Assembly: GCF_009914755.1 (NCBI RefSeq)
Contig: NC_060930.1
DNA: 64,000 bases
Source of the DNA: the human T2T-CHM13v2.0 reference genome, Homo sapiens
Reading direction: 5' to 3' (one strand)
Each line of letters starts with the position of its first letter. Within the stretch, counting starts at the first letter, position 1. Below, one piece after another: positions 47,603 to 64,000 of the stretch. A model generated the notes under the pieces. It made no database searches. It saw only the letters and a list, made by a program, of their open reading frames with translations, and was not told the DNA's origin. The position numbers and the translations under genes are program-made.

Positions 47603-47894
47603 GGCTGGGCGTGGTGTCTCACATGTGTAATCCCAGCACTTTGGGAGGCCAAAGTGGGCGGATCACAAGGTCAGGAGTTTGAGACCAGCCTGGCCAATAT
47701 GGTGAAAACCTATCTCTACTAAAAATACAAAAATTAGCTGGGCGTGGTTGAGAGTTCCCGTAGTCCCAGGACTCAGGAGGCTGAGGCAGGAGAATCACTT
47801 GAACCCAGGAGGCGGAGGTTGCAGTGAGCCGAGATTGCACATTGCACGCCAGCCTGGGTGACAGAGTAAGACTCTGCTTAAGAAAAAAAAAAGC
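47603..47894 (+). mobile_element. Alu (AluSg/Sc-like)
   Basis: TSD AAGGAACA (47595-47602, 47895-47902). Confidence 0.94.
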
Positions 47895-48484
47895 AAGGAA
47901 CAATAAACCATTTATAGATGATAAATTAATGTATATATTTGTGTGATAATGGAGAGGGGTGGCAAAAGATTTACATCAGCTATCAACGTACCTTGCTGGT
48001 AATGGGAATGGAGAAGCATAATTTTTTCCCCCTATCATTTTTCTGGTTACAATGGATGACTATTACTTTTATAAAAACAATCAATGAATTAAAAAATAAA
48101 GTAATTTGATAAGTTTTCTAGTAACATACCCATGGACTATAAAGCCATTATTCTGATTTGGTCTTTAGGTATATCTGCATAAATCATTACTTAAATATAA
48201 CACTTTAAATATAACTACTATATTTTAATTCAGTGGATTTTAATATGAATGTTATACTATTTATCTGAGTAATGTATACTACTTGCTCTTCCCACACATA
48301 CAAGCTAGAGGCAAGACCTTAGGCAGTCTTCAGTTTCCTCCTAAGTTTATTTTTGAGATTTAAATAAACTGATCTATACTAAAGTACTGAGAAAAGTGAC
48401 TGGTGCTTAATTAACATTCAGTAAATTCTATTTATTATTACTAAATGATAATTTATTCTTTTTTTATATGACTTAGTAACAAGT

Positions 48485-49010
48485 TGCAACAGATTGTGTT
48501 TCCTAAAAGTGGTTTAAATAATATTTCTTCACTCACATGTTCTTCTGCAATCTGATCTTACTTCTACTCCATCAAGAGGTGGAGTTTGGATGTGTACAGT
48601 AACTGCTTTGACTATCAGAATATAGTGGAAGCAAGACTGTGCCAGTTCTAACTAGAACTCTTAACTTATCTTAGCTTTCATTTCCTGAGCTGTGGAATGC
48701 TTGCTTTTGGGACAATATCTCTTGGAATGCAGCTGCCATACTCTGAGAATCTGAAGCCATAGGGAAGACCACATGTAGATGCTCCAGTTGACAAACCCAG
48801 CTGAGCTCCAAGTTGACAGCCATCATTAGTCACAAACCACATGAAGGCATCATGGCTGTTTAACTCAGTTGTAACTTGTAATGACTCTAGGCCCAACTAC
48901 CATCTGACTGCAACTGCCTAAGACACTCTAAGTGGGGATTATCCACTTGAGCCTAGGAAATCTTCAGAACTGTGAAAGATAATGATAAGTTGTTTTAAGC
49001 CATTCAGCAC
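48485..49010 (+). mobile_element. MLT1 (F/G-like) LTR
   Basis: CCATCAAGAGGTGGAGT...CCCAGCTGAGCT...GTTGTTTTAAGCCA. Confidence 0.75.
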
Positions 49011-50177
49011 AAATTGTAGTACAATTTTCTTATCAAATATCATAATTTTACTATATATATTTTAGCATTTTAAATACAGCATGCTGTTTTAAAGTACTTA
49101 CAATATGGCTGCAAAGCCTATAAAATATTTATTTAAAAATTAATTTGTTGAGCTATTTAAGGGTAACATTTTATCTACCAACTTTGGAAACCAACTATTT
49201 AACTTGGCATAGAGTAGCATTCTTTGAAATTAGCATAATGTTTTTAACAGATCAGACCTATCTTGCCTTTTACACATTCTCATTCCTTAGTTCATAAATA
49301 TGTAAAATTTTTATCTTCTTAATCAAAAACATATATCCATTAGGCATTATGTTACTTTAAAATTAACAATCTGAAAGTCACCAACTACTAGGAGGGTTTC
49401 AATAGGAGTAATTTGAGACTGAGAAGGTTTAAGTCATTCTTCAATTTCTCTTTTAATATAGTTGACTTGTTAATTTATAATTCTTATCCCATCCTACACA
49501 AGGGTATCTATTTCATTTTTATAAAGTTCTTCATGTCGTAGATCTTGCAGCTCAAAGAGAACATATACATCTAAGGCTTAAGAAGGTAGAAAGTGCATAA
49601 AACAAAACTCTGGACTAGTACTCTGAAAAACTGGATTGCAGCTCCAGTTGTGTGGCTAGGTTTGGTCACTTCACCTTTTAGTTTTTATCTTCTTCCTCTA
49701 TAGACAGATATTAGCTCTTCTTTAAGGTCCTTTCTACTCTAGTTGGTGACAAAGCAAGTCATTTTTATTATCAGTACTGTCCTCTTTTCCTGCAATGCCT
49801 CTTTTTCCCCTAACTTTTGAGAAGAGGCCAAGTTATGCTGTATCACCTTGTTTTTCATGGTTGGCTCAAAGTAAAGGTTATGTCTACCTATAACAGCTGC
49901 AAAAAAATAAACTAAATGTGTGAATATCTCCATTTTTAGACATCCTATTATTATCTGTGTCAATTTCTGTGTTCACATGTGTGTCAATAAAGAAAATATA
50001 ATATTGGAAAAATTGTAGATAATATTATGAATTGTGTATGTATATAAATACAATAATTAAAAGCAATTAGAAACCATCTTCCTAAATCTGTGAATTTCTA
50101 ACTTTACAATATACCTCTCAAAGTTGTAGTTACATATGATTAGCATTTGAAGATGCCTGGCATATGGGAGCTAAGCT

Positions 50178-50296
<119 letters not shown>

Positions 50297-50989
50297 ACAT
50301 ATATATATACAAAGACATTGATAGATAAATCTGTAAAAGGAATAAAAAATAAACAGGACACAGAAAAATGTTCACCTTTTCAAATAATTGAAGAAAAGCA
50401 AATGTATGGTCTCTGAAATGTTTATATTCTTTTCACTTGTTTTTTTTTTCTGCTTTATGGTTTCCCTTTTTGTATTATTTACAGTAGTAAAAACTAGAAA
50501 TGAAAACCCAACATTAGAAGAATGACAATGTAAACTATAGTAGATATATTCTGTGTAACATAAATTCTTTAAAAACATTATTTACAAATGCTATGAAATA
50601 AAATGAAAAAATATTATTGAAATATTGTCATATGAGTAAATAAAAACATAGCACTAAGTAACTTGACTGACCATTTAAAAAATACTGGATTAAACATATA
50701 TTTTTAAATTTTTGAAAAGGGATCCATGACCTAAAAGTAAGAAATATCCAGTCCAAAACGAAAATAAAATCAGGAACCCAGGTAAGTAAACAGAGGATTG
50801 AGGCTGGGGTATTATTATAACCTGGTGAACTTCAACTTTAATCTGCATTTTGGGGGTAGTGATTTTGGAGTGTGGCTTAGGCACGAGAAAGCAAGCCCAG
50901 AATTTGCCCACGGTGTGGGATTAAATAGAAAACATCTCTCACTAAGCTGGAACACTAAAGGGCTGTACCTTCTGCTTGGGGGTGAAATA

Positions 50990-52040
50990 AGAACATTTCA
51001 GACAAGACAAACTGAGACAGTTTGCCACAACCAGAGGCTAACCAAAGGAAATTTGAAAAGTTTTACTTCAGCTGAAGAAAAGTAATGAAAGATCTGAGAT
51101 GCAAGAAGAAATGAAAGTGAAGAAAGTGTAAATATGAGGATAAATTTTAGCTAACATTTATCTATACAAACAATTCTTTGGAGTTAAAAAATGACAGAAA
51201 TAAAATTCTTGATACAGCATGCAAGTTAGGAGGGAATTACATGAAATTAAAGTGTTCTAAGACCATTGTAATATACAGGTAGAAGAAAAATATATTGATC
51301 AATTTTTAACATTGTGAAATTAACTATGGATATTGAAATTTCTGAGGTAACCACCAAAAGAGAACACATAGAATGTTCAACGACCAAATCCATAATAGGA
51401 TTCTACAATCTAAAGTGACATAAGAAAGAAAGTGAAAAACAGAAAAGACAGAGTTTAAAAAATTCAGGTAGAAAGAAATCCAAATGCTTCAGTCAAAAAA
51501 TCCAAGATTATTGGCTGGATAATCAGCAAAATAAAATAAAATTGAGAATGTAGACACACCAAAAGCATAATGCTACACAAACTTAAGAGTAAAAGAACAG
51601 AAACATGTTTTAGACAAAACCCAGACAAAAGCAATGTGGCATAAGTTTATTATTTTTATCATACAAAATAGTTTTAGGCAAGAAGCATAAAAATAAAGAG
51701 GATTAACAATTTTCAGAGATTTTAATATACTTCTCTCAGTAACTGACTGACAAATACAGTAGAAAAAAGTAAGATATAGACTATTTGAACATGATTAACG
51801 ATAAAATAATCAGGGTGTCTCACAACTAAAGTGTAAACATTTTTTCCCCAAACACATAAATGTGTATAAATAGAACATTTTAAAAAGTTACTTCATACTG
51901 AACCCTAAAGTAAGGGTCCATTTTCTAAAGATTGGCATTTTGCAAACCATATTATTGACCACAATAAAATTAAGCTAGAAAATTTTAATAAAATAATTAT
52001 CTAACAAATAAACAAATTCTGTAGATAGAAAATGAAGAAA
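50990..52040 (+). mobile_element. Ancient L1ME-like remnant (host of the ERV; resumes 58201-58242)
   Basis: Degraded ORF1 end/ORF2 EN motifs such as TGACCACAATAAAATTAAGCTAGAAA. Confidence 0.55.
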
Positions 52041-52874
52041 TGAAGCAGGATGTTTCCCTGACGCCTTCCCAGGTGGGAGTTGGAGTGCATGAGCTCTAGC
52101 TGGCTGCTTCAGAGCTGGCAGGGGCAAACTCCACTCACTCGCTGGTCCACACCTCATGGGACGGGTAGTGCAGGTGAGTGGGTGCAGGAGCCAGGGCAAG
52201 TTATTTTCGGCACTGGAAAGAGTGAACTCCATACCGGCCCTGCAGCAGCATCCTGGGGGGGGTGTCTGTGACCCCTGAAATACCAGGAAGAGTGTTACAG
52301 TGCCCTTTTTGCTTTGCTGTCCATGGATGGCTTAAGTGTTAACACCTCAGTGGAGGGTCAGTGTGACAGCCTTTTGTACCTACACTCTTGGCACCTGAGT
52401 TGTTGCCTGGCATCCAGGAGGAATTAGGTTGCATGAATGAATTGAAGATGGTAAATGTGGGGGATTTTATTGCCGATGAAAGTGGCTCTCAGCAGGAAAG
52501 GGAGCTGAAAGGGGACAGAATGGGAAGGCAATCTTCCTCTAAAGTCCGGCTGTCCTTGGCTGGACTCCTCTCTGAAGGTACATTGTCAAGCTGTCCCTCT
52601 GAAATCAAGCTGCTTCTCTCCAACATCCAGCTGTAGCCTCTAACGTCCAGCTGCTTCTCCTCGCTCTGCCAGCTGAGCCTGGAGTTTTTATGGGTGCAGG
52701 ATGGGTGTGGGGCGGGCCATGAGTGGTTTTGGAAAAGACACATTCGAGCTGGAAAACAGTGATGTGAAATTCTCACTTTGGTTTGTGGTATCAGGCTTTT
52801 TGGCTTGAGGGTGGGGCGCTTGCCAGGGATCCGCCCTCTTCTGCCCAGAATTTCCCTGCACTCTGTCCCTATCA
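52041..52874 (-). mobile_element. 3' LTR of ERV1 provirus (LTR1/LTR28/MER52-like)
   Basis: TGATAGGGACAG...CCTGCTTCA on minus strand, preceded by polypurine tract AGAGGTGGGGAAA (52875-52887). Confidence 0.88.
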
Positions 52875-55800
52875 TTTCCCCACCTCTGAAGAGGCACATC
52901 TAACTGCTATTAGAATAGAGATGATGACCAGTCTTAGCTACATCCTGCTGACAGGGGGCATTGGTTTGGGGAGAACAGCAGTCAGATTCCTCCCACAGGT
53001 CTACCTAAGGGTCCCCGGCAAAAGGGAGCCATTGTCCAAGGCTCTGGTTGCCTGACCATTTAGAATTTGATGGCCTCTAGGTGAGAAGAAACAAGTTTTA
53101 CAAGGTTAGGTATGCATGGATCAAACGTGTATTATACAAAAAGGGGTTAAAAGGAAAGAATCTAGTGCCAAAGATTACAGAACTAAGAGATGAAATATAG
53201 TAATTATTCTGAAAACAACATTGTACCACATGGTATAGAACAGAATGAAGGTAAGAACAGCAAGCATAGGCAAGACTATAAAGAGGATATTCATGGAAGG
53301 TTAATTATTATCTTTTGTGATTTTTTAGCTTGAGGTCCCCAATATCTTCCCATTGATACTTTTGGCTGCTCTTCTGGGTTGACAGAGGTAATTCTGTTGG
53401 TTTCCCAGGCCTTTACTCAGGCATAGTGAATTCAAGAATCTATTCCAGTGGCCTTCATTGCCGTAGGAGTATAAAGAAGTACAGTGTAAGTTCCCTCCCA
53501 GTCTGGCTTATAGAGGGAGAAAGGGAAGGGACTACTTTTACCAGTACTAGGTCTCCTGGGTTGAATAGAGATGGTCGTAGTTCATGGGGTTGGGCATCTG
53601 ACAGTTGTTTCAGTTCCTGTTGGAAATAGGCCAAAGAAGTTATATGTTTAATCAAATCAGAGGTTTCTTGGTCTAGTAAGAAATCATTGGTGTGAAAATG
53701 CTATCCATACATCACTTCAAAGGGACTCAAACCTAGCCTTGAAGGCATATTTCTACTATGTAGTAGGGTTATGGGGAGACAGGTAGTCTAGGGGAGATGA
53801 GTCTCCTGAGACAGTTTCCTGAGATGCCTTTTGATAATATCACTTGTCTTTTCTACCTTTCCCGAGGACTGTGGTCTCCAAGCATGATGAAGATGGTACT
53901 GTATGCCTAGTGCTTTTTGAGACTTCCTGGATGACAATGACCTTGAATGAGGGGCCATTATTGCTCTGGAGTTACTTAGGGCGTCCAAAGTGAGGAATTA
54001 CCTCATTAATTAGTACTTTTGTCACCTCAGAGGCTTTCTCTGTCTGACATGGAAATTGTCCTATCCATACTAGGAGATACTGGATGCCCCTTTCCTTTGG
54101 CATAGGGGTGAAATCCATTTGCTAGTCTTTCCCCAGGTAGCCTCCTGTCCTTTGGATTCCTGAGGGAAGAAGCCATTGGTTGAGGGTATTATTTTTAAGG
54201 CAAGTCTCACAAGCATTAACAACCTGTTTAACCATTTGTATCAGGTTTGTACCTGAGAACAATCTCTGGGACAATTGATAGGTTTTCTCCTTACCTAGGT
54301 GGAAGGCCTGGTGAAGTCTTTTAAGAACTTTCCTTTAGTTGGCAGCCAGTAGATGAAGCTTGTCATCCTCTGATTGTAGCCATCCTGAGGACTGAAAGAT
54401 GTATCCCTAAGAAGTGGCCCATTCTGTTTCCACAGGAGAATATTGAGGTTCTATTTCTCTTATGGGGCCCTCCCAGATTAATCAGGCTTCAAGTGGACCA
54501 GAAATCTGGAACCTTCTCACTGCTGATTTAGCTGCTTGGTCTGCCAACCTATTTCCCTTGGCCACTTCATCCATCCCTTTTGGTGGCCTTTACAATGTAT
54601 TACTGCCACTTCCTGTGGGAGGAAAACTGAGAATAGTAGTCTATTAATTTCCTGGAGGTATTTAATGGAAGACCTGTTAGCTGTGGGGAAGTTCTTTCTT
54701 TCCAGTTAGTGGCAGGGTCATGGAGGACTAGGAAAGCATACTTAGAGTTAGTATAAATGTTAACTGCTTTCCCTTTGCTTAATTCAAGTGCCCTCGCGAG
54801 GACAATTAGCTTGGTTAGTTGAGCACTTGTGCCCAAGGAGAGAGAGGTGCTCTCAACAGGATCATCCAGAGTAACTATTGTATACCCTGCTTTATGGATC
54901 CCTTATTCTACAAAAGAACTTCTTTCTATGAAGAGAATCCAGTCTGGGTTCTCTAAGGGGGTTTCCTTGAGGTCTTCTCTGGCCACATAGGTTTGTACTA
55001 CTATCTGTTCATAGTCATGTTTAAGCTCCCCAGCTTCCTCTGGGAGGAAGGTGGCTGGATTTAGGGAGGGGCAGGTTCTTAATTGTACTGAAGATCCCTC
55101 TAATAACAGAGCTTGATACCTGAGGAGATGGCTGTCCTTTAGCCAGATACTCCCCTTAGAAGATAGTCCTGCCACATTATGCAGAGTATAAATGGTTAAG
55201 TTATTGCCCATGGTAACTTAGTAGCCTTTGGTGCCAGCAAGGTTATCACTGCAACTGCACAGAGGCAGGCCAGTCATCCTTTGGTTACCAAATCAAGCTC
55301 CTAATTTGGTATCCTACAGGCTGGTGGGATGGACCTCAGGCCTTGGTTAGAACTCCTAGGGCCATTCCCATTCTTTCTGACACATAAAGATTTAACATCT
55401 TCCCTATGGGGAAACTAAGGGCTGGTGCTTTAAGTAAGGCTTGTTAGAGTTGAGAGTTGGTCAAAGGCCTTTCTAGCCTTCAGTTCCCAATTTACAGAGT
55501 GAGTTTCAGCTGCCTGAGTCTCCTTTATTAAGTGATATAAGGGACGAGCTACTTCACCATACCCAGGTATCTACAGTCTGCAGAATCCTGTAATGCCTAT
55601 GAAACCCCTCAGTTGCTTGAGGGTTTTGGGGAGGGGAAAGGAGGAGATATGCTTAATCCTTTCTTTGCCCAGTGCCCTGGTCCCCTCTGACAAGACCAAA
55701 CCTAGGTATTTCACTGAAGTCTGACAGAGCTGAACTTCAGATTTTGAAACCTTATATCCTCTGTTAACCAGAAAATTAAGAAGACCTTTACTGCTCTCCT

Positions 55801-58125
55801 GAGAGATTTCTTCAGTTGGAGCACAAAGAAAACTATCATCTGCATATTGTAAAACTTTAACCTGAGGATAAAGGAATGTGGAGAGGTCCCTTGACAATGC
55901 CTTCCCAAACAAGTGGAGGCGTCTCAGAATTCCTGAGGCAACACTGTCCAGGTTAACTGGGTGGTTTGGTTAGAGGGATCCTCAAATGCAAACAAATACT
56001 GGGAGTTGGGGTGTAACAGTATACAGAAGGCATCCTTTAGGTCCAGGACTGTGAACCATTTCATTCCCTCAGGTATTTGAGCTAGCAGGGTATACAAATT
56101 GGGACTCACCGAGTGAATTGGAACCACAGCCTCATTAATGAGGTAGAGGTCCTGAACTAGTCTCCATTCCCCATTGGATTTTGTATCCCCAATATCAGGA
56201 TATTACAGGGGCTATTGCAAGGTTTGAGGAGGCCTTGCAACCTTAAGTTGTCAATGATGGCTTCCAATCCTTTCCTAATTTCTGGTTTGGAGGCATATTG
56301 TTTCTGGCTAGGAAAGATGGGATCCTTAAAGTGGACCTTGACCAGTATAGCAGTTGTGGCCTGACCAATTTCCCCTTGAATTGCCCAAACTTCTGGGCAA
56401 TCTCCCCAGGGGGAGAAAAATAGTTTGTCCTGGGGCCATCAGGGTGGTGGTCCCGTATAGGTCAGAATATCCCGGCCCAACAGAGGAGTTGGGCTTTCAG
56501 GCATATTTAGAAAGGCATGGGTAAACAAGAGGCTTCCCCAGCTACAAATCACAATTTGGGGAAAATATTGGGTTAAAGGCCTTCCTGAGACACCCCTTAT
56601 GGTCGTGCTAAGAGAGAAGAGGAGAACTGAGAGACCAGCCCTGGTGTCTAGAAGGAGGTCCACTTTTCTTCCTTCAATTTTTAGAATTACTTGGGGCTCC
56701 TGGATGGTAATGGTGGTCTGGACCACTGCAGCTGGCGAGAGGGGCCCCAGGACCCATCAGTTCTGCTGGACCATTTGGGAGATTGGCTCTGGGCCCAGTG
56801 AGCAGTGTCCCTGGAGACAGTCCATCTTCCAGTGGTCCCTGTTGCAGATTGGACAGGATTGAGGTGGCTTCCTCATGCTGCCTGGGCAATCCTTCCGAAA
56901 ATGCCCTGGCTTACCACATCTGTATCAGTTAACAGGTGCACCTCAGGAATTCTGGGGTTTGTGTGCTTGCATGGTGGCCATTAAAGCCTCCATCTCTTTC
57001 CTGTGTTTCCCCTCTCTCTCTCTTGGGCCTCCCTATCTATATTATAAAACACCGAGGTGGCCACTTTCAGGAGGTTCTCTAAAGTACTCTCTGGCCCCAG
57101 GGCCTATTTCTGCAGATTCCTCCTGATATCAGGGACTGCTTGAATAATAAATTTATCCTTTAGGATTAGTTGTCCCTCAACTGAAATCAGGAGACAGAGA
57201 GATGTATTTTACCAAGGCCTCTCTTAGCCTTTCCAGGAAGGCAGTGGGGATTCTCATCAAATCCCTGGTCTATCATGGATAGTTTGGTATAATTGAGAGG
57301 ATTAGTTCTAGTCCTATGCAAGCCCTCCATTATGTACACCTGAAAATGTCTCCTCTTCCATTCTCCCATCTCATCATTGGGATCCCATTTAGGGGCATCC
57401 GCTGGTACTGCTTCTCTTCCAATTGGATAACGTTCGACCCTTTCCCTCACACTATGTGATACAAAGCTCATTCCCAAATTTCTCTGCTGCTTGCAGAGCG
57501 GCCTGCTTCTCAGTGTTAGTCAGGGTTTGAATCAAAAGTAACAATGTTTTTCCAGGAGAGTTCAAATACTTGGGTTATTCTGGAAAGACTCTATGTATTT
57601 CAGGGTCATCTGAAAGCTTACCAAGATCCCTGCTAATTTGCCTTAAGTCCTGTAGAGAGAAGGAGACCTGACCCTTACTGTGGCCAAATTCACCAGGCAT
57701 CTGTTGGAGGGGCAAGAGTGAGACTGGGGCTTGTCTAGGGTGAAGATTTCAGGGGGCAAGCAAGAGAGAGAAACTGGATAGGAAGGATGGAGTGGACCTG
57801 GAAAAGCAGGCTGGAGGGAGCTGGCCTCCCTGCTGGAGATGCCTCTGGGGTTTGTTTCTTTAGTTCCCTGGGATTGCCCTTGCAGCCTCTTCTGAGATAG
57901 CAAATAAGAGGACTGGATCAATCCTACACTGTTGGCAAAGGTCTGGATTACCCTGCAAGGTAAAGAAAGCCTGCACATATGGGGCCTCAGGCCATTTGCC
58001 CTCACATCTACAGAAAAGGTCTTACTGCAGGATGGTATAGAAATGAGTGGTTCCTTCCTGAGGCCAAGCCAGTCCTTCCTGAAGATTATAATTTGTCCAA
58101 ACCTTTGTGCAGAGGGCTATGAGGC
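52875..58125 (-). pseudogene. Defective class I ERV internal region (HUERS-P/HERV-W9-like): gag ~56757-58125, pro ~56400-56750, pol ~53400-56400, env largely deleted
   Basis: Gag capsid and zinc-knuckle remnants, gag stop TGA at 56759-56757, protease LLDTRAG, RT LPQEF and YADD, integrase AWRPQSSGKVE; many stops and frameshifts. Confidence 0.92.
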
Positions 58126-58200
58126 CAGCCCCACAGCAGCATCTGGCAGCAGGTGACTGTGACCTCTGAAGACCCAGAATGAGTATTACAGTGCTTTTTT
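58126..58200 (-). mobile_element. Remnant of the ERV 5' LTR
   Basis: Aligns by eye to 52236-52310 of the 3' LTR (CAGCAGCATC...CTGTGACC...TTACAGTGC). Confidence 0.7.
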
Positions 58201-58242
58201 AAAAACATATTTAGAAATAATTTATATATAAAGAAGAAATAA

Positions 58243-64000
<5,758 letters not shown>

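Noticed and set aside
53400-58125. Domesticated gag/pol/env gene
   Set aside because: Longest fragments ~120 aa, protease motif mutated (DTR), env mostly absent

Overview
Primate (very likely human) genomic DNA containing the 5' end of MAN1A1 (Golgi alpha-1,2-mannosidase IA, GH47) on the minus strand. It includes a CpG-island promoter, a non-coding first exon, the first coding exon (ATG 7290 to donor 6688) and the start of the next intron. The remaining ~55 kb upstream is almost entirely transposable elements: Alu, MIR, L2, L1M/L1PA, MaLR/ERV solo LTRs, DNA transposons, a deleted ERV1 provirus, a 5'-inverted (twin-primed) L1PA and a near full-length L1PA running off the right edge. I see no prokaryote-type system. 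The best leads are: (1) the 222-nt leader of the MAN1A1 coding exon is stop-free and phase 0, so upstream phase-0 donors could create in-frame N-terminal extensions, either from a small ATG-bearing exon near 8752-8778 or from an extended L1 ORF0 51 kb away; (2) two inverted L1PA copies ~26 kb apart share several apparently non-consensus changes, including endonuclease D145E and a frameshift, suggesting ectopic gene conversion; (3) a strong-Kozak uORF in exon 1. Repeat subfamily names are from recognition by eye and need RepeatMasker/Dfam confirmation.
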